Assembly (NCBI GenBank): GCA_010031735.1
Contig: RGZB01000001.1
Location: 6,168 to 70,167, forward strand
From: Pseudomonadota bacterium
GTDB lineage: Bacteria; Pseudomonadota; Alphaproteobacteria; Rickettsiales; RGZB01
Direction of reading: 5' to 3'
DNA: 64,000 bases
This document shows, in pieces, positions 37,235 through 48,833 of the stretch (the first letter of the stretch is position 1; every line of letters starts with the position of its first letter). Position numbers and translations under genes: made by a program. The notes under the pieces are model-generated. The model was not told the origin of the DNA, ran no database searches, and saw only the letters and a list, made by a program, of their open reading frames with translations.

Positions 37235-38986
37235 ATGGAACTGAACGGCGCAGCGATAATCATTAAGGCACTCATCGACCAGGGCGTGGATACCGTGTTT
37301 GGCTATCCCGGTGGTGCGGTACTGCCGATCTACGATGAAATCTTCAAGCAGAACAAGCTTCGCCATATTCTCGTCCGCCATGAGCAGGCAGCCGCGCATG
37401 CCGCAGAAGCCTATGCGCGTTCGACCGGCAAGACCGGCGTGATCCTGGTCACCTCCGGCCCGGGTGCGACGAACACCATCACGGGGCTGACCGACGCATT
37501 ACTCGATAGTATCCCGGTGGTTTGCTTAACCGGTCAGGTCGCAACGCATCTCATCGGCTCGGATGCCTTCCAGGAAGCCGACACCGTCGGCATCACGCGC
37601 GCCTGCACGAAACACAATTATCTCGTCAAAGACGTGAACGATATCGAACCGACGATCGCGGAAGCATTCTATATCGCAAGCTCCGGCCGTCCGGGCCCTG
37701 TCGTCGTCGATATCCCGAAGAACCTGCAACTCCAGCCGGTGAAATATAACGGCAAGATCAAAGTATCGCGTCCGTCGTATCGCCCGGCATTCAAAGGCGA
37801 CAAGAAAGCGATCGCGCAAGCGGTCGAACTGATGGCGAACGCGAAAAAGCCTGTGTTCTACACCGGTGGTGGCGTGGTGAACGCGGGTGATAAAGCCGCG
37901 AAGCTCCTCACCGAATTCGTGCATATAACAGGCTTCCCGATCACGAATACGCTGATGGGGCTTGGCACTTTCCCGGCTTCGGATAAGCAATTCCTCGGTA
38001 TGCTCGGCATGCATGGCACATATGAAGCGAACAACGCGATGCATGATTGCGACGTGATGATCAACATCGGCGCGCGTTTCGACGACCGTATCACCGGCCG
38101 CCTTGATGCATTCTCGCCGAACTCCAAGAAAATCCACGTCGATATCGATTCATCGTCGATCAATAAGAACGTATTCGTCGATATCGCGATCGTGGGCGAT
38201 GCCGGCTCCGTGCTCGAAGACATGATCGCGATCTGGAAACAGAAGAAATATAAAGCCGATGCAGCAGCGCTTAAAACCTGGTGGGCGCAGATCGAGAAAT
38301 GGCGTGAGCGTAAATCGCTCTCTTACAAACAATCCGGCAAGGTTACCAAGCCGCAATACGCACTCGACCGTTTGAACGCGCTCGTCAAAGGCAAAGATGC
38401 GTATGTGACGACCGATGTCGGCCAGCACCAGATGTGGGCCGCGCAATATCTCGGCTTCGAGAAACCACGCCGGTGGCTTACTTCCGGCGGTCTCGGCACA
38501 ATGGGCTACGGTTTACCTGCCGCGCTCGGTGTACAGATCGGCAATCCGGATAAACTCGTGTTCTGCGTGAGCGGTGAAGCCTCGATCCTGATGAACATCC
38601 AGGAGCTCTCCACCATCGTGCAGTATCGCTTACCCGTCAAACTCATCATCCTGAACAACCGCTATATGGGTATGGTCCGTCAGTGGCAGGAACTGTTCCA
38701 TGGCAATCGCCATTCCGAATCGTATATGGACGCGCTGCCGGATTTCGTCGCACTCGCGGAAGCGTTCGGTGTACGTGGCCTGCGCTGCGAAGACCCGAAC
38801 AAAGTCGACGATACGATCAAGGAAGCGATCAAGCACAAAGGCCCGGTCATCATCGACATGCTCGTCGACCAGAACGAGAACGTCTACCCGATGATCCCGG
38901 CGGGTGCAGCACATAATGAAATGAAACTCTCCCCGTACGATAAAGACGTGAAAGTGGATGAAGAAGAAGCAAGGATGCAGGTCTGA
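37235..38986 (+). CDS. ilvB: acetolactate synthase (AHAS) large subunit
   Basis: ThDP enzyme with [12 protein letters not shown] and the ThDP-binding motif [15 protein letters not shown]...[12 protein letters not shown]. Confidence 0.95.
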   Translation: MELNGAAIIIKALIDQGVDTVFGYPGGAVLPIYDEIFKQNKLRHILVRHEQAAAHAAEAYARSTGKTGVILVTSGPGATNTITGLTDALLDSIPVVCLTGQVATHLIGSDAFQEADTVGITRACTKHNYLVKDVNDIEPTIAEAFYIASSGRPGPVVVDIPKNLQLQPVKYNGKIKVSRPSYRPAFKGDKKAIAQAVELMANAKKPVFYTGGGVVNAGDKAAKLLTEFVHITGFPITNTLMGLGTFPASDKQFLGMLGMHGTYEANNAMHDCDVMINIGARFDDRITGRLDAFSPNSKKIHVDIDSSSINKNVFVDIAIVGDAGSVLEDMIAIWKQKKYKADAAALKTWWAQIEKWRERKSLSYKQSGKVTKPQYALDRLNALVKGKDAYVTTDVGQHQMWAAQYLGFEKPRRWLTSGGLGTMGYGLPAALGVQIGNPDKLVFCVSGEASILMNIQELSTIVQYRLPVKLIILNNRYMGMVRQWQELFHGNRHSESYMDALPDFVALAEAFGVRGLRCEDPNKVDDTIKEAIKHKGPVIIDMLVDQNENVYPMIPAGAAHNEMKLSPYDKDVKVDEEEARMQV

Positions 38987-38987
38987 T

Positions 38988-40600
<1,613 letters not shown>

Positions 40601-40621
40601 GCTTTTTTAGTGTCAGAAAGC

Positions 40622-40656
40622 AAAAAAGGCCACCCATCCTTGGGTGGCCTTTTTTC
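40622..40656. terminator. rho-independent terminator after ilvC (A-run/T-run flanked, potentially bidirectional)
   Basis: AAAAAAGGCCACCCA-TCCT-TGGGTGGCCTTTTTT: a 10-bp GC-rich stem, 4-nt loop and T5 run. Confidence 0.8.
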
Positions 40657-40795
40657 GTTGATGTGAGGTACTTCCGTGTACCCTTCAGAGATGACATTCG
40701 ACATGAAATCTGAAGTGCAGACTTGAAGTGAACGACAGGAAAAACGCTTCAGACTCTATAAACCCCCAGAGTCTTTGCGCCCTTCCCTCATTCCA

Positions 40796-40984
40796 TCAAT
40801 TCACCCCCTCGCGGCCTTGCCGCTTTGCCTCGTGAACCTCGGCGCGGTCCACAGGGATCTCCTTCGAAGCGACTGTCCCGATCTTGACCCGGTCGCCGTC
40901 GATTTCCACGACTTTGACACGAACCAACTGACCGCCGATGTTCAGGACAATCTCTTCGTCCTTCTTCCGTGACAAGACCAGCAT
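40796..40984 (-). CDS. csrA: carbon storage regulator CsrA/RsmA-family RNA-binding protein
   Basis: MLVLSRKKDEEIVL..GDRVKIGTVASKEIPVDRAEV matches the CsrA fold signature. AAGGAGG lies 9 nt upstream of this internal ATG. The tracked ORF starts 42 nt earlier. Confidence 0.8.
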   Translation of the reverse strand: MLVLSRKKDEEIVLNIGGQLVRVKVVEIDGDRVKIGTVASKEIPVDRAEVHEAKRQGREGVN

Positions 40985-41121
40985 AATGCTAGGCCTCCTT
41001 GTCCCACGGTCCAAGGTGGGGGACACACCATACAGAGGTCACATCGATGCTCCCAGTTTCCTACTGAGTATTCACACCGATGCTATTGCGACCTCTATAT
41101 TTTCAAACAATACCGCCAGCG

Positions 41122-41150
41122 TAGCAAACCCTTAAAGTTATGGCTATAAT
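41122..41150 (+). promoter_or_regulatory. candidate sigma70-type promoter for the GS-like gene
   Basis: TAGCAA (41122-41127), 17-nt spacer, TATAAT (41145-41150), ~45 nt upstream of the ATG at 41194. Confidence 0.35.
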
Positions 41151-41193
41151 GCGTTGCCCGCAAAGTGAAGATTTAACCTGATTGTAACAATCG

Positions 41194-42066
41194 ATGAACG
41201 ATAGCATCCTCAAAAAACTCACCGAACGCTTTGCCGAACAGGGCTTTACCCTAGCCCTTGCACCTGAGATCGAATTCTATATCGAAGGTGGCGCAATCAC
41301 CGATGCTTTGAAGGATGAATGCTACGAACAATTCGGAAAGGCAGGCATCTTGAGCTTTGAAATCGTGCCCGAAGAAGCAGAACACCACCACGAAATCGCA
41401 TTGGTGCCGATAAACGATCCTAGCGTCGCCGCAGAGAATTTGCTGAAAGTGAAAGACATCATCCGCAAGACCGCGAAGAAACACAAACTCACTGCGCGCT
41501 TCGATGCAAAACCTTATCCTGAGAAACCAGGCAGTGGCCTGCATATCCATGTAAGCATTCTATGCAACGGCAAGAACCTCTTCGAGAAGAAGGGGGACGA
41601 GCCAGAGACGGAAGATATGCTCCACGCTATCGGTGGACTTTGTGCCACCATGCCGGAAGCGATGATCTATTTCGCGCCTACCGAAGAATCGTACGCGCGA
41701 TTCACCTCCTCGATCAACACCACGCAGGAAGGTATCTCCCGCCATAATAATGCACCCGTCACCGTCAGCTGGGGTGGCAATAACCGGACGACCGCGATCC
41801 GTATCCCTGCCTCTACCATCGACCCTAGCTTGCGCCACATTGAACACCGTGTCGCAGGGGCGGATGCCGACCCCGTGCAGGTGATCGGTGCGGTGCTGGC
41901 CGGTATATACCATGGCATTACCCAGAAAGTTACACCGCCCGAGCGCACGTACGGCAATGCGTACGATGCACAATATAACCTTCCACTGCTGCCAAAGGAT
42001 ATCGATGAGGCCAAGCATTATTTTGAAAAAGGAACGATCCTAAGGACGTATCTTACGGCGGGTTAA
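41194..42066 (+). CDS. glutamine synthetase catalytic-domain family protein, short form lacking the N-terminal beta-grasp domain
   Basis: 290 aa. The GS catalytic motifs present are [38 protein letters not shown] and [12 protein letters not shown]. The protein begins at the start of the catalytic domain. Confidence 0.65.
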   Translation: MNDSILKKLTERFAEQGFTLALAPEIEFYIEGGAITDALKDECYEQFGKAGILSFEIVPEEAEHHHEIALVPINDPSVAAENLLKVKDIIRKTAKKHKLTARFDAKPYPEKPGSGLHIHVSILCNGKNLFEKKGDEPETEDMLHAIGGLCATMPEAMIYFAPTEESYARFTSSINTTQEGISRHNNAPVTVSWGGNNRTTAIRIPASTIDPSLRHIEHRVAGADADPVQVIGAVLAGIYHGITQKVTPPERTYGNAYDAQYNLPLLPKDIDEAKHYFEKGTILRTYLTAG

Positions 42067-42851
42067 GCGCGAACGGCCTTCGCGATTTTGCTGATGAGTG
42101 CCAGACCCTGCTTCGGGCTTTTCTGCGCGGCCTCTACGAATGCGGAGCCTACCACCACCGCATCCGCAAAGCCGGAAACTTTCTTTGCATGCTCTGGTGT
42201 CTTGATACCGAAACCGACCGCGATCGGCAGCTTGGTTTGCTTCTTCAGACGTTTCACGGATTTCTCGACTTCTGCATAATTCGCGGTCTTCGTACCGGTG
42301 ACACCTGCGATCGAAACGTAATACACGAAGCCGGAGGCATTACGGAGCACCACCTTCGCACGCTGGTCGTCTGTCGTGGGCGTAGTCAGTTTCACAAGCG
42401 AAAGTCCTGCCGGACGTGCAATATCGGTGAATTCAGATTCTTCTTCTGGCGGCAGATCGACGATGATGACACCATCCACACCCGCATCCAGTGCATCGTG
42501 TACGAAATCTTTTACACCGTAGCAATAAATCGGATTGTAGTAGCCCATGAGAATGAGCGGTGTTTCATTATCCCCTTTACGGAACTCTTTCACCATACCG
42601 AGTATTTTCTTCAAGGTCGCACCGGCTTTGAAGGCACGCACCGCTGCGCGCTGGATGGTCGGGCCATCTGCCATCGGGTCGGTAAACGGAACGCCAAGTT
42701 CAATCAGATCCGCGCCGGCTTTCGGAAGCGCCTTCAATAAAGAGAGAGAGGTCTTGAGCGATGGGTCACAACCCATCATGTACGTGACAAGCGCTGCCCT
42801 ACCCTCAGCCTTCAATTCTGCAAACCGCTTCTCGATGCGTTTATTGCTCAT
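42063..42851 (-). CDS. trpA: tryptophan synthase alpha chain
   Basis: [17 protein letters not shown] motif, and a 4-nt overlap with trpB. Confidence 0.93.
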   Translation of the reverse strand: MSNKRIEKRFAELKAEGRAALVTYMMGCDPSLKTSLSLLKALPKAGADLIELGVPFTDPMADGPTIQRAAVRAFKAGATLKKILGMVKEFRKGDNETPLILMGYYNPIYCYGVKDFVHDALDAGVDGVIIVDLPPEEESEFTDIARPAGLSLVKLTTPTTDDQRAKVVLRNASGFVYYVSIAGVTGTKTANYAEVEKSVKRLKKQTKLPIAVGFGIKTPEHAKKVSGFADAVVVGSAFVEAAQKSPKQGLALISKIAKAVRA

Positions 42852-44050
42852 AAGCCGCCCAGATGCTCTGCTACAGTGAAGATATCTTTATCACCACGGC
42901 CACAGATGTTCACGATGAGGAGTGTATCCCTGCTCATCTTCCCTGCTTCGCGGATGACATAAGAGAGTGCATGGCTCGGCTCAAGCGCCGGAATGATACC
43001 TTCAAGTGTCGCACACAGTTGTAATGCCGCGAGCGCTTCTTTATCAGTCGCCGATTCGTATTTCACACGGCCGATTTCATGCAGGTACGCATGCTCAGGG
43101 CCAATGCCCGGATAATCAAGACCAGCGGAAATGGAATGCGTCGGTGCGATCTGGCCGTCATCGTCCTGAAGGATGTAGGTGCGGTTGCCATGCAATACAC
43201 CTACTTTGCCTTTCGCGATCGAGGCAGCCGTCTGTTTCGTATTTACACCTTTGCCGGCAGCTTCCACCGCAACCATCTTCACAGATGCATCATCCAGGAA
43301 CGGGTGGAATAATCCAATCGCATTGGAGCCGCCACCGATACATGCCACCAGCACATCCGGCAGACGGCCTTCGGCCTTCTTGATCTGTTCTTTTGCCTCG
43401 ATGCCCATGACGGATTGGAAATCACGCACCATCATCGGATACGGATGCGGACCCGCAGCAGTACCGATGAGGTAATAGGTATCATGCACATTCGCGACCC
43501 AGTCACGCAATGCTTCGTTCATCGCGTCCTTAAGCGTCGCGCTACCCGAATCCACCGGGCGCACTTCTGCACCGAGCAATTTCATACGGAACACGTTCGG
43601 CTTCTGGCGCTCCATGTCTTTGGCGCCCATATAAATCACACATTGGAGATTGAAGAGCGCGCAGACGGTCGCGGTCGCAACCCCGTGCTGCCCTGCCCCG
43701 GTCTCCGCGATGATGCGCTTCTTGCCCATGCGCTTTGCAAGGAGGATCTGCCCCATGCAATGGTTGATCTTGTGTGCACCCGTATGGTTCAACTCATCGC
43801 GCTTGAAGTAGATTTTAGCGCCGCCCAGATGTTGCGTCAGCCGTGCCGCATGATAGAGCGGACTCGGACGGCCGGCAAAATGCTCAAGATAGTAATCGAG
43901 TTCTTTCTGGAAAGCCGGGTCATGCTTCGCTTTTTCATAGGCACGTTCGACCTCCAGGAGCAATGGCATCAAGGTCTCAGCAACAAAACGCCCGCCGAAG
44001 AGACCAAAATGGCCATCGCTATCCGGAAGATGATTCAGTTTCTTACTCAT
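42848..44050 (-). CDS. trpB: tryptophan synthase beta chain
   Basis: PLP-lysine motif [11 protein letters not shown] and GGGSNAIG. Confidence 0.96.
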   Translation of the reverse strand: MSKKLNHLPDSDGHFGLFGGRFVAETLMPLLLEVERAYEKAKHDPAFQKELDYYLEHFAGRPSPLYHAARLTQHLGGAKIYFKRDELNHTGAHKINHCMGQILLAKRMGKKRIIAETGAGQHGVATATVCALFNLQCVIYMGAKDMERQKPNVFRMKLLGAEVRPVDSGSATLKDAMNEALRDWVANVHDTYYLIGTAAGPHPYPMMVRDFQSVMGIEAKEQIKKAEGRLPDVLVACIGGGSNAIGLFHPFLDDASVKMVAVEAAGKGVNTKQTAASIAKGKVGVLHGNRTYILQDDDGQIAPTHSISAGLDYPGIGPEHAYLHEIGRVKYESATDKEALAALQLCATLEGIIPALEPSHALSYVIREAGKMSRDTLLIVNICGRGDKDIFTVAEHLGGL

Positions 44051-44533
44051 TTATGCCTTCTTCACCGCCTCGATGAATTCTTTGATAAGTGCAGGGTCTT
44101 TCACCCCCGGAGAAGATTCAATGCTGGAAGACACATCTACCATCTTTGCGCCACTCACCCGTATCGCCTCGGCTACGTTTGTAGCGTTGAGTCCGCCCGA
44201 AAGCAACCATGGCGATGTGATCCTGCGGTTTTTTATCAGGTTCCAATCGAATGCAAGGCCGTTACCGCCCGGGAGTGCTGATTCCGGTGCGCGTGCATCG
44301 AACAGCATCATGTCGGCGACCTTACTGTATTTACCCCATTCGGAGACATCGTCTGCCGAGCGTACCTTGAATGCTTTGATAATCGGGATACTGAACGATG
44401 CACGGATATCGCGCACACGTTCCGGCGTTTCACTGCCATGCAACTGGATATAATCCGGGCGGAACACAGCGAGGATATCCCTGATCTGTGCATCCGTAGG
44501 ATCCACCATCACCGCTACTTTCTTGATACCCAC
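44051..44533 (-). CDS. trpF: phosphoribosylanthranilate isomerase, N-terminally truncated (possible pseudogene)
   Basis: 160 aa matching TrpF from about beta-3 onward (QLHGSETPE.., GGNGLAFDW, LSGGLNATNV, VDVSSSIESSPGVKD). The KICG(I/L)T / GFVF N-terminal ~40 aa is absent, and an in-frame stop lies 14 codons upstream of the GTG start. Confidence 0.7.
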   Translation of the reverse strand: MGIKKVAVMVDPTDAQIRDILAVFRPDYIQLHGSETPERVRDIRASFSIPIIKAFKVRSADDVSEWGKYSKVADMMLFDARAPESALPGGNGLAFDWNLIKNRRITSPWLLSGGLNATNVAEAIRVSGAKMVDVSSSIESSPGVKDPALIKEFIEAVKKA

Positions 44534-44561
44534 AGGAATATCCGAGGCAAGGGCTTTGGCA

Positions 44562-44900
44562 TCAGGATGCTTTTTTCAGGTATTCATTACGCACGGTAAC
44601 CGCCGTGCTGCCGGAAAGGTTTCGCTCGATACGCATGGCCGCAAGTTCATTCTCCAGCGCCTCGATCTTTTTCTTGTAGGCACGATCATGTTTGATGCGC
44701 TTCACTTTCGTCCAGAGTGAACCAAAAAGCGAGATCACGACACCCAGGATAATCGAAAGAAAGAATAATACGAAAACCGGAAGGGTTGCCACCACGCCAA
44801 ACGGAAACAAACTGATATCCACCGGTTGGCGATTGCCGACCGCAAATACGACAATGACGAAGGCAGCGAGGCCAACGACTATCCATTTTAGGAGTTTCAC
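44562..44900 (-). CDS. LapA-domain (DUF1049-type) inner membrane protein
   Basis: Two TM helices followed by a coiled C-terminus. It occupies the conserved position between ihfB and trpF. Confidence 0.7.
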   Translation of the reverse strand: MKLLKWIVVGLAAFVIVVFAVGNRQPVDISLFPFGVVATLPVFVLFFLSIILGVVISLFGSLWTKVKRIKHDRAYKKKIEALENELAAMRIERNLSGSTAVTVRNEYLKKAS

Positions 44901-44916
44901 GGGGAGACTCTAAACC

Positions 44917-45204
44917 TTATTGCTGAGGCTTATTGATGCGCTCACGCAGTTCTTTACCCGCACGGAAGTACGGAGAGAAACGCTCATCCAGCGTAACGAC
45001 TTCGTTGGTTTTCGGATTGCGTGCCGTACGTGCTTTACGTTGGCGCACAGAGAAGGAGCCAAAGCCACGGAGTTCCACACGGTCACCACGCGCAAGTGCT
45101 GCAGTGATTTCGTCAAACACGGTTTCTACCAGTTTCGTAACGTCCTTTAAAAACAGATTACGATGCTTCTCAGTCAGTATACGGATGATCTCGGATTTCG
45201 TCAT
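44917..45204 (-). CDS. ihfB: integration host factor subunit beta
   Basis: MTKSEIIRIL.. and the DNA-binding arm RNPKTNEVVTLDERFSPYFRAGKELR, 95 aa. Confidence 0.92.
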   Translation of the reverse strand: MTKSEIIRILTEKHRNLFLKDVTKLVETVFDEITAALARGDRVELRGFGSFSVRQRKARTARNPKTNEVVTLDERFSPYFRAGKELRERINKPQQ

Positions 45205-45249
45205 GGTATGCCCGTGTCGTTAAGATGTAAATTCAATTTATCACTATAT

Positions 45250-46173
45250 TCAGTGGGTTACTATACCATCTTGATAAACAGACAACAACCCCTGAAGTGA
45301 CACTTTCTCAAAAATTCTTTTAAAGGGCATAAATCCGCCTAAAAACGCCCCAAAACCCTCATCCGGCTTCTTTTCGGTCTTATAATCATGCACTTCGATG
45401 GAATCAGACAGGCCTTTTTCCTTCTTGAGCCAGGCTACCGCCTGCTGTTCATTGCCGATTTCGTCGATTAATTTGAGGGAAAGTGCCTGTCTACCGGTAA
45501 AAATACGGCCATCGGCGAATTCGAGTACCTTTTCACGCGGCATTTTGCGGCTTTCGACGATCATATCGACGAATACGTTATAGAAGTCCTTGATGAGTGA
45601 TTCGATCGAGGCGCGGCCTTCCGGTGTCAGTTTTTCGGTCGGGCTTGGGATCGCCTTCAAAGGAGAGGATTTGATAGTGACGAAATCCACGCCGAGTTTT
45701 TTAGCAAGATCCACCACTTCGGCACTTTGCAGTAGCACACCGATCGAACCGGTGATCGTCCCATCGCGTGCGAAGATGCGTTCTGCTGGCAGCGATGCCA
45801 TATAGGCAGCCGACGTTGCCATCGTCCCCATGACCGTCACGGTCGGTTTCGCTTTCGCCACCTCTTTCAGTTCGCGGTAAAGGTCTTCACCACCCACCAC
45901 TGTTCCACCCGGGCTGTTGATCGCAACGATCACGGCCCTGACGTGGTCATCTTTCGTGAGTGCTTCCAAGCGTTCGTTGCGGTGTTGGTCTTCCTCGATG
46001 ATGCCGTCAATCGTGATACGCGCGATGTAGCTACCGCCTGGCGCTATACCCAGCATTTCAGAGAACGAAAGGAAACCCAGGATGATACCGAGCATGATGG
46101 CGATACCCTGCCAACGCTTGATCTGCGATTTCAGACGGACGCGGTCGAGTAACGTATCGGCAGAGAGGGGCAT
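45250..46173 (-). CDS. sppA: signal peptide peptidase SppA, 36K type (S49 family)
   Basis: N-terminal TM helix, with the motifs INSPGGTVVGGE and MATSAAYMA. Confidence 0.85.
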   Translation of the reverse strand: MPLSADTLLDRVRLKSQIKRWQGIAIMLGIILGFLSFSEMLGIAPGGSYIARITIDGIIEEDQHRNERLEALTKDDHVRAVIVAINSPGGTVVGGEDLYRELKEVAKAKPTVTVMGTMATSAAYMASLPAERIFARDGTITGSIGVLLQSAEVVDLAKKLGVDFVTIKSSPLKAIPSPTEKLTPEGRASIESLIKDFYNVFVDMIVESRKMPREKVLEFADGRIFTGRQALSLKLIDEIGNEQQAVAWLKKEKGLSDSIEVHDYKTEKKPDEGFGAFLGGFMPFKRIFEKVSLQGLLSVYQDGIVTH

Positions 46174-46208
46174 AAGGACCTATAAGTAAATGACGGACGT
46201 ACGTTAAT

Positions 46209-46249
46209 AAAAAAAAGGTGGCGTTTCAAGTGAAACACCACCTTTTTTG
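46209..46249. terminator. rho-independent terminator downstream of rpsA (bidirectional architecture)
   Basis: A8-AGGTGGCGTTTC-AAGT-GAAACACCACCT-T6: a 12-bp stem with one G:U pair. On the minus strand it directly follows the rpsA stop. Confidence 0.8.
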
Positions 46250-46269
46250 TTACTTAAACGAAAGCGAGG

Positions 46270-48063
46270 TTATTTTTTCTTTTTCGCTTTGGTTTCGCCT
46301 TCAGCATCAGTATCGTCTTTCTTTGCTTTAGACTTTTTCTCTTTCGATTTGTCGAGAGCTTTACCCAGGATATCGCCGAGGCTCGCGCCAGAATCGGTCG
46401 AACCGTATTCTGCCACTGCACGTTTTTGCTCTTCGAGTTCGAGTGCCTTGATAGACAGAACGACTTTACGAGCCGCTTTGTTCACCGAGATCACTTTCGC
46501 ATCGACACGGTCGCCTACTGCGAAGCGTTCCGGACGTTGCTCGACACGGTCGCTCGAGAGATCAGCGCGTTTGATGAACGCACTGATGCCATCAGCCACC
46601 GTCACTTCGATACCGTCGTCTTTCACTGCGCTCACCGTGAAGGTAGAGACACCGTTACGGGTGAGGCCGCCGAGAACATCGGAAGAACCACCCGCATTAG
46701 CAGAACCTTGTGCCGGACCACCTTCGGTCAGTTGTTTCAGACCAAGGCTTACGCGCTCTTTATCCGGTTCGACACCGAGAACTACCACTTCGACCTGTTG
46801 GCCTTTGGTGTAGTTTTTGATTTCAGCGTCTGGGTTGTTCCACGCTACGTCAGAGACGTGTACGAGACCATCAACACCTTCCGGCAGACCGACGAAGATA
46901 CCGAAGTCAGCGACGTTTTTCACTTCACCCGTGATTTTCGTGCCTTCCGGATATTTCGTACCGAAGTTCGCCCACGGATTGTCTTCGCACTGTTTCATGC
47001 CGAGGGAGATGCGGTGTTTGTTCATATCGATATCGAGAACAACCACTTCGACTTCTTGGCTCGTAGAAACGATTTTGCTCGGATGGACGTTTTTCTTCGT
47101 CCAGCTCATTTCAGAAACGTGCACCAGGCCTTCGATGCCCGGAGCGAGTTCCACGAATGCACCGTAGTCCGCGATGTTGGTGACACGGCCTTTATGGCGG
47201 CTACCGACCGGGAACTGGGTCTCGACACCCTGCCACGGAGAATCTTCGAGCTGTTTCATGCCGAGGGAAATACGCTTCGTATTTTCATCGAACTTGATCA
47301 CTTTTACGTCGATCTGTTGGCCGAGAGAGAGCACTTCAGACGGATGATTGATACGTTTCCAAGAGATATCGGTCACGTGGAGCAGGCCATCGACAGAACC
47401 GAGGTCGATGAACGCACCGTAGTCGGTGATGTTCTTCACGGTACCTTTCAGCACCTGACCTTGCGAGATCTTCGAGAGCACTTCATCGCGCTCAGCAGAA
47501 CGCGACTCTTCGAGGATCGCACGGCGAGAAACCACGATGTTGCCACGTTTGCGGTCCATTTTCAGGATCTGGAACGGCTGGCGGATACCCATCAGCGGGC
47601 TCACGTCTTTCACCGGACGAACGTCTACTTGCGAACCCGGGAGGAACGCTACCGCGCCACCGAGATCCACCGTGAAGCCGCCTTTAACGCGGCTGAAGAT
47701 CACACCTTCAACGCTTTCGCCTTTGGTGTGTGCTTGTTCGTATTTCACCCATGATTCTTCACGGAGTGCTTTTTCGCGGGAGAGAACTGCTTCACCCTGG
47801 CGGTTTTCCAAACGCTCGATGAATACGTCGATCTCGTCGCCGACTTTGATTTCTTCCGGTTCGCCGAGGCGGACGAATTCACGGTATTGGATACGGCCTT
47901 CGGTTTTGCCACCGATGTCCACGATCACGAAATCTTTATCGATATTGATGATGTTACCTTTTACGACCGTGCCTTCTTTATTGACATTGGTCTGCTCCAG
48001 AAGCTCGGCGAAATTTTCACCGGTGGAGAATACAAAATTTTCAGCTGCGCTGCTTTTAGCCAT
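46270..48063 (-). CDS. rpsA: 30S ribosomal protein S1
   Basis: 597 aa with six S1 OB-fold repeats (G.V..I..FGAFV.L..G..GL.H.S) and a Lys-rich C-terminal tail. Confidence 0.97.
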   Translation of the reverse strand: MAKSSAAENFVFSTGENFAELLEQTNVNKEGTVVKGNIINIDKDFVIVDIGGKTEGRIQYREFVRLGEPEEIKVGDEIDVFIERLENRQGEAVLSREKALREESWVKYEQAHTKGESVEGVIFSRVKGGFTVDLGGAVAFLPGSQVDVRPVKDVSPLMGIRQPFQILKMDRKRGNIVVSRRAILEESRSAERDEVLSKISQGQVLKGTVKNITDYGAFIDLGSVDGLLHVTDISWKRINHPSEVLSLGQQIDVKVIKFDENTKRISLGMKQLEDSPWQGVETQFPVGSRHKGRVTNIADYGAFVELAPGIEGLVHVSEMSWTKKNVHPSKIVSTSQEVEVVVLDIDMNKHRISLGMKQCEDNPWANFGTKYPEGTKITGEVKNVADFGIFVGLPEGVDGLVHVSDVAWNNPDAEIKNYTKGQQVEVVVLGVEPDKERVSLGLKQLTEGGPAQGSANAGGSSDVLGGLTRNGVSTFTVSAVKDDGIEVTVADGISAFIKRADLSSDRVEQRPERFAVGDRVDAKVISVNKAARKVVLSIKALELEEQKRAVAEYGSTDSGASLGDILGKALDKSKEKKSKAKKDDTDAEGETKAKKKK

Positions 48064-48167
48064 TGGGGTAGTACTTTCTTTGAGCCATGCTAGGGTTGAT
48101 GAATGACAGCGAAAGCAACGGCTCGTATGCTTCAGGCTGTCTTTTACAGATGCTGGGAACAGAGGCG

Positions 48168-48833
48168 CTATGCGCGCTTGGAGAGGACGACCGAGAGCAC
48201 TTTTTCGAAAACCTCGTCCATATTCATATGGGTGGTATCCAGTTTAAAGGCATCTTTGGCGGCCATCATCGGGGCCAGCTTGCGGCTGGCATCCCGTGCA
48301 TCGCGATCTTTAAGTTCCCGCAAAATGTCGCCGTATATAACCTGTTTCCCGAGTGCTTGCAACTGTTTAAATCGGCGTTCTGCGCGGGATTCCACGCTTG
48401 CGGTGATGAAAAACTTGGCTTCTGCATCCGGGCACACCACCGTGCCAATATCACGGCCATCCAAGACAGCCCCTTTGGGGTCGGATGCCACATTGCGTTG
48501 GAACTCGAGCAAACCGGCTCTCACCGCTGGAATCGCCGATACCATCGAAGCCGCCTTTGAGACCGCCTCACCGCTTAAATCCAGTCGTACGATCTCTTCC
48601 AGGGAAATCGGCTTACTGGCAACCTGGCCGGCAAACTTTGCTTCCGGTGAATTATGATTCATGACAGATTCAATATTAATGACTTCTCTCAATACCTTAC
48701 AACCAACATAGCGGTATAGAAGGCCGGTATCGAGGTGCACCATACCCAGATGTGAAGCCAAGCGTTTGCCAAGCGTGCCCTTGCCAGAGGCCGCGGTGCC
48801 ATCAATGGCGATAACGAACGGTTTTTGGGTCAT
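48168..48833 (-). CDS. cmk: cytidylate kinase
   Basis: P-loop IAIDGTAASGKGT, in the conserved aroA-cmk-rpsA order. Confidence 0.9.
   Translation of the reverse strand: MTQKPFVIAIDGTAASGKGTLGKRLASHLGMVHLDTGLLYRYVGCKVLREVINIESVMNHNSPEAKFAGQVASKPISLEEIVRLDLSGEAVSKAASMVSAIPAVRAGLLEFQRNVASDPKGAVLDGRDIGTVVCPDAEAKFFITASVESRAERRFKQLQALGKQVIYGDILRELKDRDARDASRKLAPMMAAKDAFKLDTTHMNMDEVFEKVLSVVLSKRA

Noticed and set aside
44686-44886. A minus-strand ORF containing ..RHCRICGRQSPTGG.., which might have been the missing KICG(I/L)T N-terminus of TrpF in another frame.
   Set aside because: It overlaps the well-supported LapA-domain gene in a different frame. The resemblance is limited to ICG. It does not continue into a GAD..GFVF-like strand, and it is ~150 nt away from the trpF start.
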